Of a stretch of 64,000 nt of DNA, positions 18,197-27,958 are shown piece by piece (the stretch's first letter is position 1; every line of letters begins with the position of its first letter). The notes under the pieces are model-generated. The model ran no database searches and was not told the DNA's origin. It worked only from the letters and a program-made list of their open reading frames with translations. The position numbers were made by a program, and so were the translations under genes. Origin of the DNA: Lachnospiraceae bacterium. Lineage in GTDB: Bacteria > Bacillota > Clostridia > Lachnospirales > Lachnospiraceae. The stretch is taken from NCBI GenBank assembly GCA_017620155.1, contig JAFZQY010000067.1, forward strand, positions 14,380 through 78,379, written 5' to 3'.

Positions 18197-19168
18197 CTAC
18201 CAGATTCCCACAAGTGCCAGAATACAGAAAAGTGCCGTTACTATCGAAAAGACGGTCACTACTCTGGTCTCGGACCATCCGCAGAGTTCGAAATGATGGT
18301 GAATGGGGGCCATCTTGAAGATGCGCTTGCCGTGCGTGATCTTAAAGCAGCCCACCTGAAGTATGACCGAAACCGTCTCGATCACATATATGATGCCCAC
18401 GATAACGATGATCAGGGGCATGTGAAGCGCATACGCCATACCGGCCACATATCCTCCCAAAGCAAGCGACCCGGTATCGCCCATGAATACCTTGGCGGGA
18501 TATGCATTAAAAAGAAGAAATCCCGCAAGCGCCGCTCCGAATGCGGCGGCAAGGCCTTCCACACCTGCGCCCGTCATGACCGATGCTATACAGAAAAATA
18601 CCGATACGACCAGCGTCACCGTAGAAGCAAGGCCGTCTAAGCCGTCCGTAAGGTTGGTGCCGTTGGAGGTTGCTATCACAACGAATATCATGAACGGGAT
18701 CGCCGCCCATCCAAGGTCAAGAGTCTGTCCGGGCATGAACGGGATCTTCATCGTAAGATCGGCATCCGTGAAATACTTAAGATAGAGGCCGAATCCGACC
18801 GAAAGAACTATCTGAAGGCTCAGTTTCTGCCAGGCTTTAAGGCCCATGGCGCGTTTGAGCACCACTTTTACATAATCGTCTATGAATCCGATGAGCGCCA
18901 TTCCGAAAGTCAGGATCAGTATCGGAACGACCTTATCGCTCTGCTTTATCTGAAGAAGCGCGGGGATCAGCATTCCGATCAGGAATATCACTCCGCCCAT
19001 CGTCGGTGTGCCGGTCTTCTTCAGATGACTCTCGGGCCCGTCGTCTCGGACAGTCTGTCCGAATTTGATCTTATGAAGGAACGGGATGAATACCGGCCCC
19101 AAGAGAGCCGAAATCCCGAATGATAATATGGCTGCTATAAAAATCCCTAGATTCATCGTATTCTCCAA
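18197..19168 (-). CDS. mraY: Phospho-N-acetylmuramoyl-pentapeptide transferase
   Basis: KTGTPTMGG, GFIDD, NLTDGLDG, FMGDTGS, MAPIHHHFE. Confidence 0.97.
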   Translation of the reverse strand: MENTMNLGIFIAAILSFGISALLGPVFIPFLHKIKFGQTVRDDGPESHLKKTGTPTMGGVIFLIGMLIPALLQIKQSDKVVPILILTFGMALIGFIDDYVKVVLKRAMGLKAWQKLSLQIVLSVGFGLYLKYFTDADLTMKIPFMPGQTLDLGWAAIPFMIFVVIATSNGTNLTDGLDGLASTVTLVVSVFFCIASVMTGAGVEGLAAAFGAALAGFLLFNAYPAKVFMGDTGSLALGGYVAGMAYALHMPLIIVIVGIIYVIETVSVILQVGCFKITHGKRIFKMAPIHHHFELCGWSETRVVTVFSIVTALFCILALVGIW

Positions 19169-19170
19169 TG

Positions 19171-21621
19171 TCAGTATATGATATCAGGCGCATCGCCTAT
19201 GGCTGAAGCATCCTGATCGGCAGTAACGGGCGCCTCACCGCCGGGCAGATTCTCATTAAGTCCTATCGTAGCGCCGGTTACCGGATCGACATATGCTCCG
19301 CTGTTCGGGTCTACAGCATAGCCTGTATTGGGATCAATGTCAAAGTCCTTCCAGGGCTGCTCGGCTTCTTCGTGAATTTCTTCAGCGTTTTCGCCTTCTG
19401 TCACGGTGGTTTCGGTCTGCTCTGCGCCGGAAGCTTCTCCGGAAGGTTCGCTCACGGTTTCAAGTTCTATACCCTCGCCGCTGAAGCCATGGGTATCCAT
19501 CAGGTTCTTTTCCTCTATCTCGGCCTTTTCCTTGTCACTCAAAGGTTCGGTCATATATATATGAAGATAAGGAAGCACATCGGTCAGGATGTTCCTGACT
19601 ATCCTCGTAGCGTATTTTGCATCTGCCTGTGCACCCCAGGTACCTACATTGGGCCTGTCAACGACCACATATATGGCTATCTCGGGGTCATCCGCAGGCG
19701 CATATCCCATGAAGGATACTACATATTCGCCGTTACCTCGGGGCAGTGTCTCGGCCGTTCCGGTCTTGCCCCCGATCCTGTATCCCGCGGGCCTGGCCGT
19801 CTTACCAGTACCGTACTCTCCCGCAACAACGAGGTTGCAGTACTCTATGATCTTGGCGGATACGGACGGGGAAATGGTCTGCTTGAGCACTCTGGGCTCG
19901 ATATTTTCTATGGTCGAGCCGTCGGAAGTCACTATCTTGCTGACCATGTGAGGCTCGTAATAGTTTCCGCCGTTTATGAGAGAGCAGAAACCCGTGATCA
20001 TCTGGATCATCGTGCAGTTGTAGCCCTGTCCGAAAGAGTTCGTGGCCAGATCCGTCTGCCTCATTGATGAAGGCGTATATACGAGCGATGCGGTCCTGGA
20101 TTCTCCGGCAAGGTCTATGTTGGTCTTAAGTCCGAAGCCGAAAGCATGCTGATATTTAACAAATATCTCCTTGCCGCAGGCGAAGGCGATATGCATGAGA
20201 GCCACGTTGCAGCTTCGCTCAACCGCCTCGGCAACGCTTAAATAGCCGTCTCCGTATACGTTATGGCACTTGATCGTATGGTCTCCGACTTCGAGCGATC
20301 CCTCGCAGTTATAGTATTCATTACCGGTGATGGAACCCGAGTCAAGCGCCGCCGCTACCGTAAAAGGTTTAGAGACTGATCCGGGTTCATATGTCGTATT
20401 GATACAGAAATTCTTCCAAAGCGAGTTCAGGTTCTGATATACCGTATCGTCATCCATGAGACGGAGGCTTTCCTCGGTCACATATAATGACTCGGTCATT
20501 ATCAGCGGTTCCGAACCCGAAGATGCTGCAGTATCGGAGGCGTCCCCGGTGCTGTCTGCGGCGTTACCTTCTTCCGCGTTTTCGCCCGTTTCCGTGGATA
20601 CCGCATCGGGATCGACCATATTGTTCATGACGAGGTTGGCAGTGATCTCTATGGGCTTACCCGTGGTCTTTTTGCCCTCTACATCGACCTGTCTTGCACC
20701 GATCAGCATGTCGGTGTTTCTCGGATTGTTCAGGTCGTATACGGGGTACTGAGCCATGGCCAGGACATTGCCGGTATCCACTTCCATGATGATACAGGCC
20801 ACATTCTCGGCTCCGTTGGCTATGTTTACATTATTTTTATATTCTTCGTTAAACTCGGCCAGATATTTTTCTACCGTGCTCTGGATATTGATATCGATCG
20901 TCGAGTAGATATTGTAGCCGTCCTCGGCCGGGATAACGGTCCTCTCTAAGTCCGAATCCTCGTTTAAGTATCCGTATTCGCGGCCGTTGGTTCCGCGAAG
21001 AGTCGAGTCATAATACTGTTCGAGTCCGAAATTACCTATATTATCGTTCGAGGTAAAGCCGATGATATCGCATCCTAATGTTGAGTTCGGATACTGCCTT
21101 ACATACTCATCCTCAAACCATACGCCTTTGATCAGGCTGCCGGTCTCCTCATCCTTCTTGAGATCCATGAAGGCCATCATCTGTTCATATCCGACTCTTT
21201 TGGCCAGGATCTTATATTTCGATGAAGGATTGGCCACGATATACGACCTGATCTCGGATTCATCGAGCCCGAATACCGAATGGAGCGCGTTGAGCGTGGG
21301 CTCTAAGTACTCATCTTTTCCGAGAAGGACCGAGCAGTCCAGGATCACATTGTAGACCTTGTTGGACGAAGCCAGGATCATGCCGTTGCGGTCATAGATA
21401 TCCCCGCGTCTGTAGGGGATGACAACCGAATCGTATTCCTGCTGGGAAAGGACCTGTCTTGCGTATTCCTCGCCGTTATTGCGCGAGATCATGTACAGAC
21501 GTATTCCTAAACCGACAAAAGCCGCAAGTATTATGATAAAAAATACCCGCAGCTTCGTTCTTATCTGATTCCTGTTTCTATTTCCTTTTTTTACTCTTCC
21601 GTCATTATATACAGGAGCCAT
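19171..21621 (-). CDS. Class B penicillin-binding protein (FtsI/SpoVD-like)
   Basis: RRGDIYDRNG, GLE, EPGSVSK (SxxK), SCN (SxN), KTGT; acidic insert and acidic tail. Confidence 0.92.
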   Translation of the reverse strand: MAPVYNDGRVKKGNRNRNQIRTKLRVFFIIILAAFVGLGIRLYMISRNNGEEYARQVLSQQEYDSVVIPYRRGDIYDRNGMILASSNKVYNVILDCSVLLGKDEYLEPTLNALHSVFGLDESEIRSYIVANPSSKYKILAKRVGYEQMMAFMDLKKDEETGSLIKGVWFEDEYVRQYPNSTLGCDIIGFTSNDNIGNFGLEQYYDSTLRGTNGREYGYLNEDSDLERTVIPAEDGYNIYSTIDINIQSTVEKYLAEFNEEYKNNVNIANGAENVACIIMEVDTGNVLAMAQYPVYDLNNPRNTDMLIGARQVDVEGKKTTGKPIEITANLVMNNMVDPDAVSTETGENAEEGNAADSTGDASDTAASSGSEPLIMTESLYVTEESLRLMDDDTVYQNLNSLWKNFCINTTYEPGSVSKPFTVAAALDSGSITGNEYYNCEGSLEVGDHTIKCHNVYGDGYLSVAEAVERSCNVALMHIAFACGKEIFVKYQHAFGFGLKTNIDLAGESRTASLVYTPSSMRQTDLATNSFGQGYNCTMIQMITGFCSLINGGNYYEPHMVSKIVTSDGSTIENIEPRVLKQTISPSVSAKIIEYCNLVVAGEYGTGKTARPAGYRIGGKTGTAETLPRGNGEYVVSFMGYAPADDPEIAIYVVVDRPNVGTWGAQADAKYATRIVRNILTDVLPYLHIYMTEPLSDKEKAEIEEKNLMDTHGFSGEGIELETVSEPSGEASGAEQTETTVTEGENAEEIHEEAEQPWKDFDIDPNTGYAVDPNSGAYVDPVTGATIGLNENLPGGEAPVTADQDASAIGDAPDIIY

Positions 21622-21633
21622 GATCCGTGTAAC

Positions 21634-22062
21634 CTATTCATCGATCTTGGCAATCTGTCTCACATAATCTCCATTCTCACTGGTAAAGAACTCTATCTGA
21701 CCTTCTTTTGCGTATGTCATGCCGAGTTCATTGATGGCCGTATCCCTTATCTGCTCAAGATCCATATTACTGTTAATTCTACTATATGTTGCGTCATTTT
21801 CCAACTTCAATTCATTAAGTTGTGATTCGAGCTCCGAAATGCTCTGAAGCCGGTTGGTGACATCGGACCTTAATGTGATGTAGTGTACCAGTACGAATGC
21901 CGTGAAAACAAGAGCAGCCGCAACGAACATGATATATCCGATATGTGAGCCTATGTGACCTCTGCCGCCCGGAAGCGCACGAAGGGAAGGATCGGCTATC
22001 TCTCCCATCCTTATTGCCACGTTTGACTGCTGATATTCCGTTCTCTGATATCTGCCTGCCAT
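21634..22062 (-). CDS. ftsL: Cell division protein FtsL-like
   Basis: TM helix plus coiled coil plus AINELGM; position between rsmH and the PBP. Confidence 0.75.
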   Translation of the reverse strand: MAGRYQRTEYQQSNVAIRMGEIADPSLRALPGGRGHIGSHIGYIMFVAAALVFTAFVLVHYITLRSDVTNRLQSISELESQLNELKLENDATYSRINSNMDLEQIRDTAINELGMTYAKEGQIEFFTSENGDYVRQIAKIDE

Positions 22063-22115
22063 GATCTACCTCTTTCCGTTCCTGTGGTTTAAAACTTTTT
22101 CAAATATCCCGTGAT

Positions 22116-23051
22116 TTATATCTTTTCGAATATCCTGAGCTTCGCGCTTGATGCTCTGGGGTTTTCTTTCAGTTCTTCGTCGCCTGCCGTAAGCGGCTTC
22201 CTCGTGATAACCCTGCCTATCGGCTTCCTGCCGCATGTGCATACCGGAAATTGCGGTGGACATATGCAGGGGTTTTCGTATCTCCTGAACGCTTCCTTTA
22301 CTATCCGGTCCTCGAGCGAGTGGAATGTGATGATGCAAAATCTTCCGCCGGGATTCAGGCTTTGAGCGAAATCATCGAGTGATGATCTTAAAACCTCAAG
22401 TTCCCTGTTGCACTCTATCCTTATCGCCTGAAATGTCTTCTTGCAGGGATTTTTGCCCTTAGCTCTCATCTTCGCGGGGATCGCGGCGTGTATGATGTCG
22501 CTTAATTCGCCCGTCGTGGTGATCGGCGCCTTGCTTCGCCTCTCTACGATATGCTTGGCAATGTTAGCTGCGAACTGCTCTTCGCCGTACTCCCGGATGA
22601 TCCTCGCCAGTTCTGCCTGTGTGTATGTGTTGATGATAGTTTCGGCGCTTACCTCTGACCGCTCATCCATCCTCATGTCGAGGCGGGTATCATATCTGTA
22701 GGAAAAACCTCTGTTCTCGTCATCCAGCTGGTAGGAACTGACTCCCAGATCAAGAAGTATGCCGTCCAAACCTTCCACCCCTCTGGCCTTAAGCTTCTGA
22801 AGAGCGTTCTCGTAATTCGTCCTGATGATGTCCGCTCTGCCGGCGTAGTCCGCAAGCCTTGCGGTTGCGGCCTCGATGGCTGCCGCGTCCTGGTCCGTTC
22901 CGTACAGGTGGCCATGACCGCTTAATCGTTTGACTATCTCTGCGCTGTGTCCGGCTCCGCCTATCGTCCCGTCCAGGTAGATTCCTTCGGGTTTGATGTT
23001 TAAGCCGTTTATGACTTCATCCAGCATTATGGGGGTGTGGGAAAATTCCAT
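22116..23051 (-). CDS. rsmH: 16S rRNA m4C1402 methyltransferase
   Basis: DGTIGGAGHS, DLGVSSYQLD, FQAIRIECN, ITFHSLEDR; start at ATG 23051. Confidence 0.97.
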   Translation of the reverse strand: MEFSHTPIMLDEVINGLNIKPEGIYLDGTIGGAGHSAEIVKRLSGHGHLYGTDQDAAAIEAATARLADYAGRADIIRTNYENALQKLKARGVEGLDGILLDLGVSSYQLDDENRGFSYRYDTRLDMRMDERSEVSAETIINTYTQAELARIIREYGEEQFAANIAKHIVERRSKAPITTTGELSDIIHAAIPAKMRAKGKNPCKKTFQAIRIECNRELEVLRSSLDDFAQSLNPGGRFCIITFHSLEDRIVKEAFRRYENPCICPPQFPVCTCGRKPIGRVITRKPLTAGDEELKENPRASSAKLRIFEKI

Positions 23052-23080
23052 ATCCTTCGCCGCAAGCACTGAGTTATAAC

Positions 23081-23512
23081 TCAGATGCCAAGTCCCATAT
23101 CTTCGAGAGCAGCCGCGACTTCATCCATATTCGCATAAGTTGCGTCAGCTTCATATCTATCCTTGCTCCAGATCTCTATCCGATTGCCCATCCCCAAAAA
23201 AACCGCTTCCTTGGATAGTCCCGCATATTCGCGGAGGTTAACCGGAATGAGCACTCTGCCCTGTGAGTCGCACTCTATATCTGCCGCTCCACCCGAAAAG
23301 TGTCTTACGAGCATTCGTGCGTTCTTGTTGGTGACGGGCAGTTCGCGGAGTTTGGTCTCAAATGCTTCCCAGTCTTCCGATGCGTAAGCCATCAGGCATT
23401 TATCCAGACCCTTGGTCAGCACAAATGAGTCCCCGAGCTCGCTTCTTAACTTAGAAGGAACTATCATCCTGCCCTTGGCATCTATTGAATGGGAAAACTC
23501 ACCATGAAACAC
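23081..23512 (-). CDS. mraZ: dcw cluster transcriptional repressor MraZ
   Basis: DAKGR and DSQGR repeats, IEIW; GTG start at 23512 with GGAG upstream. Confidence 0.95.
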   Translation of the reverse strand: MFHGEFSHSIDAKGRMIVPSKLRSELGDSFVLTKGLDKCLMAYASEDWEAFETKLRELPVTNKNARMLVRHFSGGAADIECDSQGRVLIPVNLREYAGLSKEAVFLGMGNRIEIWSKDRYEADATYANMDEVAAALEDMGLGI

Positions 23513-23520
23513 TTCAATCT

Positions 23521-23565
23521 CCACTTTGTGGATAAATTTTCCACTTAGTCACCACTTACATCCAC
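23521..23565 (-). promoter_or_regulatory. MraZ-box GTGG repeats plus a perfect DnaA box
   Basis: CCAC at 23521, 23541, 23552, 23562; TGTGGATAA (TTATCCACA) at 23527-23535. Confidence 0.75.
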
Positions 23566-23566
23566 C

Positions 23567-23595
23567 ATTATACCTGCGCGTTCCCCCAAATGCAA
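23567..23595 (-). promoter_or_regulatory. Sigma-A promoter of the dcw operon
   Basis: TTGCAT-N17-TATAAT. Confidence 0.8.
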
Positions 23596-23640
23596 GTGGA
23601 AAATGCAGTTTTTTCAAGGAATTTTGAGCTTTTTTGCGCA

Positions 23641-23671
23641 AAAAAAGACCGGGGTCCTTATAGACCCCGGT
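23641..23671 (-). terminator. Intrinsic terminator after lgt
   Basis: ACCGGGGTC-TATAAG-GACCCCGGT followed by CTTTTTTT. Confidence 0.88.
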
Positions 23672-23686
23672 GAATGTTATATTCCT

Positions 23687-24562
23687 TTATTCTGCGTCGG
23701 TTTTGGGTTTTTTCCTCAGGAAGAAGATGTTGATCACTACCGCGAGGATCACGATCGCCACGCACACGAGCTGGGATGCCGCGATATGCGTGTTCCAGAT
23801 ATAGAGCACGTCCGTGCGGATGGCTTCTATCCAGAAGCGTCCGATGCCGTAGCCCAGGAAGTAAAAAGTCATGACCTGTCCGCTGAACTTCTTGCGTTTC
23901 GTCCACCAGATCAGGAAGATCATGAGTGCCAGGTTCCAGAGTCCCTCATAGAGAAAAGTGGGATGAACCTGGATATAATTGGTGCCCTCTGCGATATGGG
24001 CTGCGATATTCTCGGAAATGTCGGATGAGCGCACAGCCTCAACGGGCAGGCGCATCGCAAGCAGATTATCGGTGTACTCACCGAAGACCTCACGATTGGT
24101 GAAATTGCCCCAGCGGCCGATCACCTGTCCGAGAGCGATTCCCGGAACCACGCTGTCGGCGAAGTCCAGAGACTTGATCTTCTTGACATGGCAAAAGATA
24201 AAGAGCACGGTAAAGCCCACAATAAGGCCGCCGTATATGGCGAGACCGCCGGCCCTCAGATTAAAGATCTGAAGCGGATTGTCCTTGTACTGGTCCCAGC
24301 GGAAAATGACATAGTATATGCGGGCTCCGATAACGCCGAGAACTATGGCATATATCCAGAAATCCCACATGACTTCAGAGTCTATCCCGTTCTTAACAGC
24401 CATGCGCGATGCCAGGAATATGCCGGCCAGCATGCCTATGGCAATGAATACGCCGTAGAGAGCGATCTCAAGCCCGAAGACCGAGAATGACTTGGGTACA
24501 TTATTCAGATATAAACCGAGATTGGGAAACGCTATGTCGGTAGCGCCCATCATTTCCTGCAT
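23687..24562 (-). CDS. lgt: Prolipoprotein diacylglyceryl transferase
   Basis: IGARIYY, GGLAIYGG, IGRWGNFTNRE, HPTFLYE. Confidence 0.96.
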   Translation of the reverse strand: MQEMMGATDIAFPNLGLYLNNVPKSFSVFGLEIALYGVFIAIGMLAGIFLASRMAVKNGIDSEVMWDFWIYAIVLGVIGARIYYVIFRWDQYKDNPLQIFNLRAGGLAIYGGLIVGFTVLFIFCHVKKIKSLDFADSVVPGIALGQVIGRWGNFTNREVFGEYTDNLLAMRLPVEAVRSSDISENIAAHIAEGTNYIQVHPTFLYEGLWNLALMIFLIWWTKRKKFSGQVMTFYFLGYGIGRFWIEAIRTDVLYIWNTHIAASQLVCVAIVILAVVINIFFLRKKPKTDAE

Positions 24563-24610
24563 AATCAGTTCCTCATATATCTACACGGCATTGCATGTCG
24601 ATGCTTCGTC

Positions 24611-25711
24611 TTACACGTTGAATCTGAAGAGGATAACATCCCCGTCCTTTACGACATAATCCTTGCCTTCCATGCCCACGATTCCTTTTTCACGGGCTGC
24701 GGCCAGCGAACCCAGTTCCAGAAGATCCTTGTAGTTAACGACCTCGGCCTTGATGAATCCGCGTTCGAAATCGGTGTGGATCTTACCGGCTGCCTGGGGA
24801 GCCTTGGTACCCTGCTTGATCGTCCATGCACGGCACTCGTCCTCGCCTGCAGTAAGGAAGCTCATGAGGCCCAGCAGATCATAACTGGCTGCGATCAGCT
24901 TATCGAGGCCGGATTCCTTAAGTCCTAAGTCATCCAGGAACATGGCTCTCTCCTCGTCATCGAGCTCACTTATCTCCTGCTCTATCTGAGCGCAGATCAC
25001 GAAGACCTTGCTGCCCTCGGCATCCGCAAACTTACGGACTGCCTGTACATATTCATTGCCTGCGCCGTCATCCGCAAGGTCGTCCTCAGCCACGTTTGCG
25101 GCATAGATAACCGGCTTAGCCGTCAGCAGATTATATTCGCGGAAAGCAGCTGCCAGATCGTCATCATCGGGAACCTCGAATGTCGCGGCTCTGTTTCCGC
25201 CTTCGAGATGTTCCTTGATCGCCATCAGCATGTCATATTCCTTGCCTGCCGCCTTGTCCATCTGGCGGGTGCGGGCAACCTTGGCGATACGCCTCTCGAG
25301 AACCTCGAGATCGGCAAAAATGAGTTCTAAGTTGATGGTCTCTATATCCCTGACAGGATCTATGGATCCGTCCACATGAACTATGTTGGAATCCTCGAAG
25401 CACCTGACCACATGTACGACCGCATCTACTTCACGGATATTGGCCAGGAACTGGTTTCCGAGCCCCTCGCCCTTTGATGCGCCCTTGACCAGGCCCGCGA
25501 TATCCACGAACTCTATGGTGGCATGAGTCACCTTCTTGGTGTGATACAGCTCACCGAGCTTCTCGATACGTTCATCCGGCACCGGAACTATTCCGATATT
25601 CGGATCTATGGTACAGAACGGATAATTGGCCGATTCGGCCCCTGCTTTAGTCAAAGAATTAAATAAAGTGGACTTGCCCACGTTCGGGAGCCCGACGATT
25701 CCCAGTTTCAT
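24611..25711 (-). CDS. ychF: Ribosome-binding ATPase YchF
   Basis: [42 protein letters not shown] domain. Confidence 0.98.
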   Translation of the reverse strand: MKLGIVGLPNVGKSTLFNSLTKAGAESANYPFCTIDPNIGIVPVPDERIEKLGELYHTKKVTHATIEFVDIAGLVKGASKGEGLGNQFLANIREVDAVVHVVRCFEDSNIVHVDGSIDPVRDIETINLELIFADLEVLERRIAKVARTRQMDKAAGKEYDMLMAIKEHLEGGNRAATFEVPDDDDLAAAFREYNLLTAKPVIYAANVAEDDLADDGAGNEYVQAVRKFADAEGSKVFVICAQIEQEISELDDEERAMFLDDLGLKESGLDKLIAASYDLLGLMSFLTAGEDECRAWTIKQGTKAPQAAGKIHTDFERGFIKAEVVNYKDLLELGSLAAAREKGIVGMEGKDYVVKDGDVILFRFNV

Positions 25712-25763
25712 ATTGTTTTATAGCCCTTTCAAAAGTCAGTATCAGATTAGCAACTATTATATA

Positions 25764-27926
25764 TTATACCCTCGGCCTGCGTCTGTCATTACCGGCGCTG
25801 TAGAATTTCCGCTTCTCATCGTACATTCTGTTGTCCGCTTCGATCTTTCGGGAATCATAATCGGGATCGCCATCATGCGCATAAGAATATCCGATAGCCA
25901 CATGACCGCCCTCTTCTTCGACCATCGAGCGTATCCTGGCTACCTTCTCCTCGAACTCAGATAGATTTTCATCAAAAGAATAAACGGCGAATTCATCTCC
26001 GCCCATACGGTATATGTTTTCAGGTCCGAAGACTTCCCCAAGGCATGATGCAACGGTCTTGATCAGTTTGTCTCCGGCATCGTGTCCGTTGTTGTCATTC
26101 ACGGACTTAAGGCCATTGATATCGCATGTTATGAAACCGTAAGGGCGCGTAGTATCCAGATTTTCTCTCTCAAACTCTCTCATGGCACGCCTGTTGCCGG
26201 CTCCGGTAAGGGCATCATGATAGCTGTATTCCACCAGACGCCTGTGATTGTCTCTTCGTGCGATAAGCTCCGATAAGAAGAACGTAAGAAGCCTGATTAT
26301 CTCGGATATCTCTCTCATGTTCTCGACAGGTGGATTGTCAACACCAAAGAATCCTATATATTCGCCGTCAAGGATAAGCGGGCCGGTCACCAGTGTGTTG
26401 ATGCCCTGAGGCTTCAACACGTTATACATGTTTTCGCTGACTTCACGGTACTTCTCAATATCATATATAAGTATATGGCCGCCTTTTTTGTATTCTTCAT
26501 ACCAGACATCAATGACACCGTCATAAGGAATCCCTTTGAGGTTGTCTATCTCGGGAGTCACGCCCTCTGCGCAATACTCGTATGTATTGTCAAAAGTGCC
26601 GTCATTCATGTCTTCGAATATATAAGCGCGGTCCGCGTGAAGCTCTTCGCACAGATAAGTAAGGACCTTGTTTATCTTCTCATCCGGCTCCATCACATCC
26701 ATGATGTACTGAAGCAGACGGTTGATGAAACGATCCCTCTCAAGAGAGGTCTTTTCCCCGGACCACCAGTCGAAGATCTGGAAAGCCATGAAAACGAAGA
26801 ACAGTACAAGTCCGAATCTGAACCAGCTGCCTCTGCCGATAGACCCCTTCTCCCCCACGATATATCTGATCATGTCGACCGACGAAGCGGCGATAAAGAA
26901 AAGCGCACCGATATAGAAGTATCTCATGTTGGAAGAGATCTTCTTTTTTCTGCAATAGATTTCATTGTCGATGAGCATGGCCGTGAGCCAGACAAGTTCC
27001 AGAGCATAGGAAGAATAGATGACACCGACCATGGTATGCATGTCGGTTCCGAATAATACTCTGGCCAGAATAAGCCACCCAAAAGCAAAAAGGGCGGTGA
27101 AGAAGGAAAGATATACATAGAGCCGTCTTTTGTTCCTCGTGATGGCATTAACGAAATACACCAGAGGAAATCCGGCCAGGTGTAGTATACCGTAGACCAT
27201 CACCCTGGAAGCGTATGTACAGCCTGTCAGAAGCTGCGGTATCCCGGTGTCGCATACGCTCCACAAACCGAAAAGGACATCGGCAACTCCGAGCGCCCAG
27301 ATTGGGCGGATCATCGGACTCTTCCGGGACATTCCGAAGAAGAAAATTATGATCACGATACCGAAGACGATCATCAGGAAAGACAGGATAACTCCCATCC
27401 CGCCCTTTCTCAGAATATAAAACCGGAACTGGTCCTCGCTGCCGAACTGGATCTCATTGATGCGGCCGCCATGCCCATTGGTAAAGGCGGTATGCGCCTC
27501 AATCCGGAGGGTACTCCCCTGATCCTTGGTACCTAAGCCGATCATATGATAGGAAACACCGTCACCGGTACCCGTAAGGTTCTCAATCGTATCAAAAGAA
27601 TAGATAAGCTGATCGTCTACATAGACAGAAAATACGAGATTGCTGGTCGATAAGCACACAGCATCCGTTTCGGACATGACATCGGGAAGCGTCCTGGACA
27701 GAACACGGCCTGCTCTGAATCCTCCGGCGCTGATATCGCCAATATCAACCGTCTCGCCGGATTCGTCAGTCCAGCCCGCGGAATAATCACGCAGTTCACC
27801 GAGTTTAATGGCATGAACAAAATCATGCATGTCGGTAAAAAAGAAAATATAGCCCAGAAAAACATTGAGTACGACAAAGAAGATGATAAGGCAAGCTCGT
27901 ATGGTTTTGGATGGTTTTGATATCAT
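25764..27926 (-). CDS. Membrane diguanylate cyclase: extracellular domain, ~7 TM helices, GAF, GGDEF
   Basis: N-terminal TM, ~150-aa beta-rich loop, TM bundle, GAF (ADRAYIFE..IGFFGVD), DALTG, DINGLKSVND, RMGGDEF. Confidence 0.88.
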   Translation of the reverse strand: MISKPSKTIRACLIIFFVVLNVFLGYIFFFTDMHDFVHAIKLGELRDYSAGWTDESGETVDIGDISAGGFRAGRVLSRTLPDVMSETDAVCLSTSNLVFSVYVDDQLIYSFDTIENLTGTGDGVSYHMIGLGTKDQGSTLRIEAHTAFTNGHGGRINEIQFGSEDQFRFYILRKGGMGVILSFLMIVFGIVIIIFFFGMSRKSPMIRPIWALGVADVLFGLWSVCDTGIPQLLTGCTYASRVMVYGILHLAGFPLVYFVNAITRNKRRLYVYLSFFTALFAFGWLILARVLFGTDMHTMVGVIYSSYALELVWLTAMLIDNEIYCRKKKISSNMRYFYIGALFFIAASSVDMIRYIVGEKGSIGRGSWFRFGLVLFFVFMAFQIFDWWSGEKTSLERDRFINRLLQYIMDVMEPDEKINKVLTYLCEELHADRAYIFEDMNDGTFDNTYEYCAEGVTPEIDNLKGIPYDGVIDVWYEEYKKGGHILIYDIEKYREVSENMYNVLKPQGINTLVTGPLILDGEYIGFFGVDNPPVENMREISEIIRLLTFFLSELIARRDNHRRLVEYSYHDALTGAGNRRAMREFERENLDTTRPYGFITCDINGLKSVNDNNGHDAGDKLIKTVASCLGEVFGPENIYRMGGDEFAVYSFDENLSEFEEKVARIRSMVEEEGGHVAIGYSYAHDGDPDYDSRKIEADNRMYDEKRKFYSAGNDRRRPRV

Positions 27927-27958
27927 AAACGCTTCCGTACCTGTTTAGTCTTTATTCA

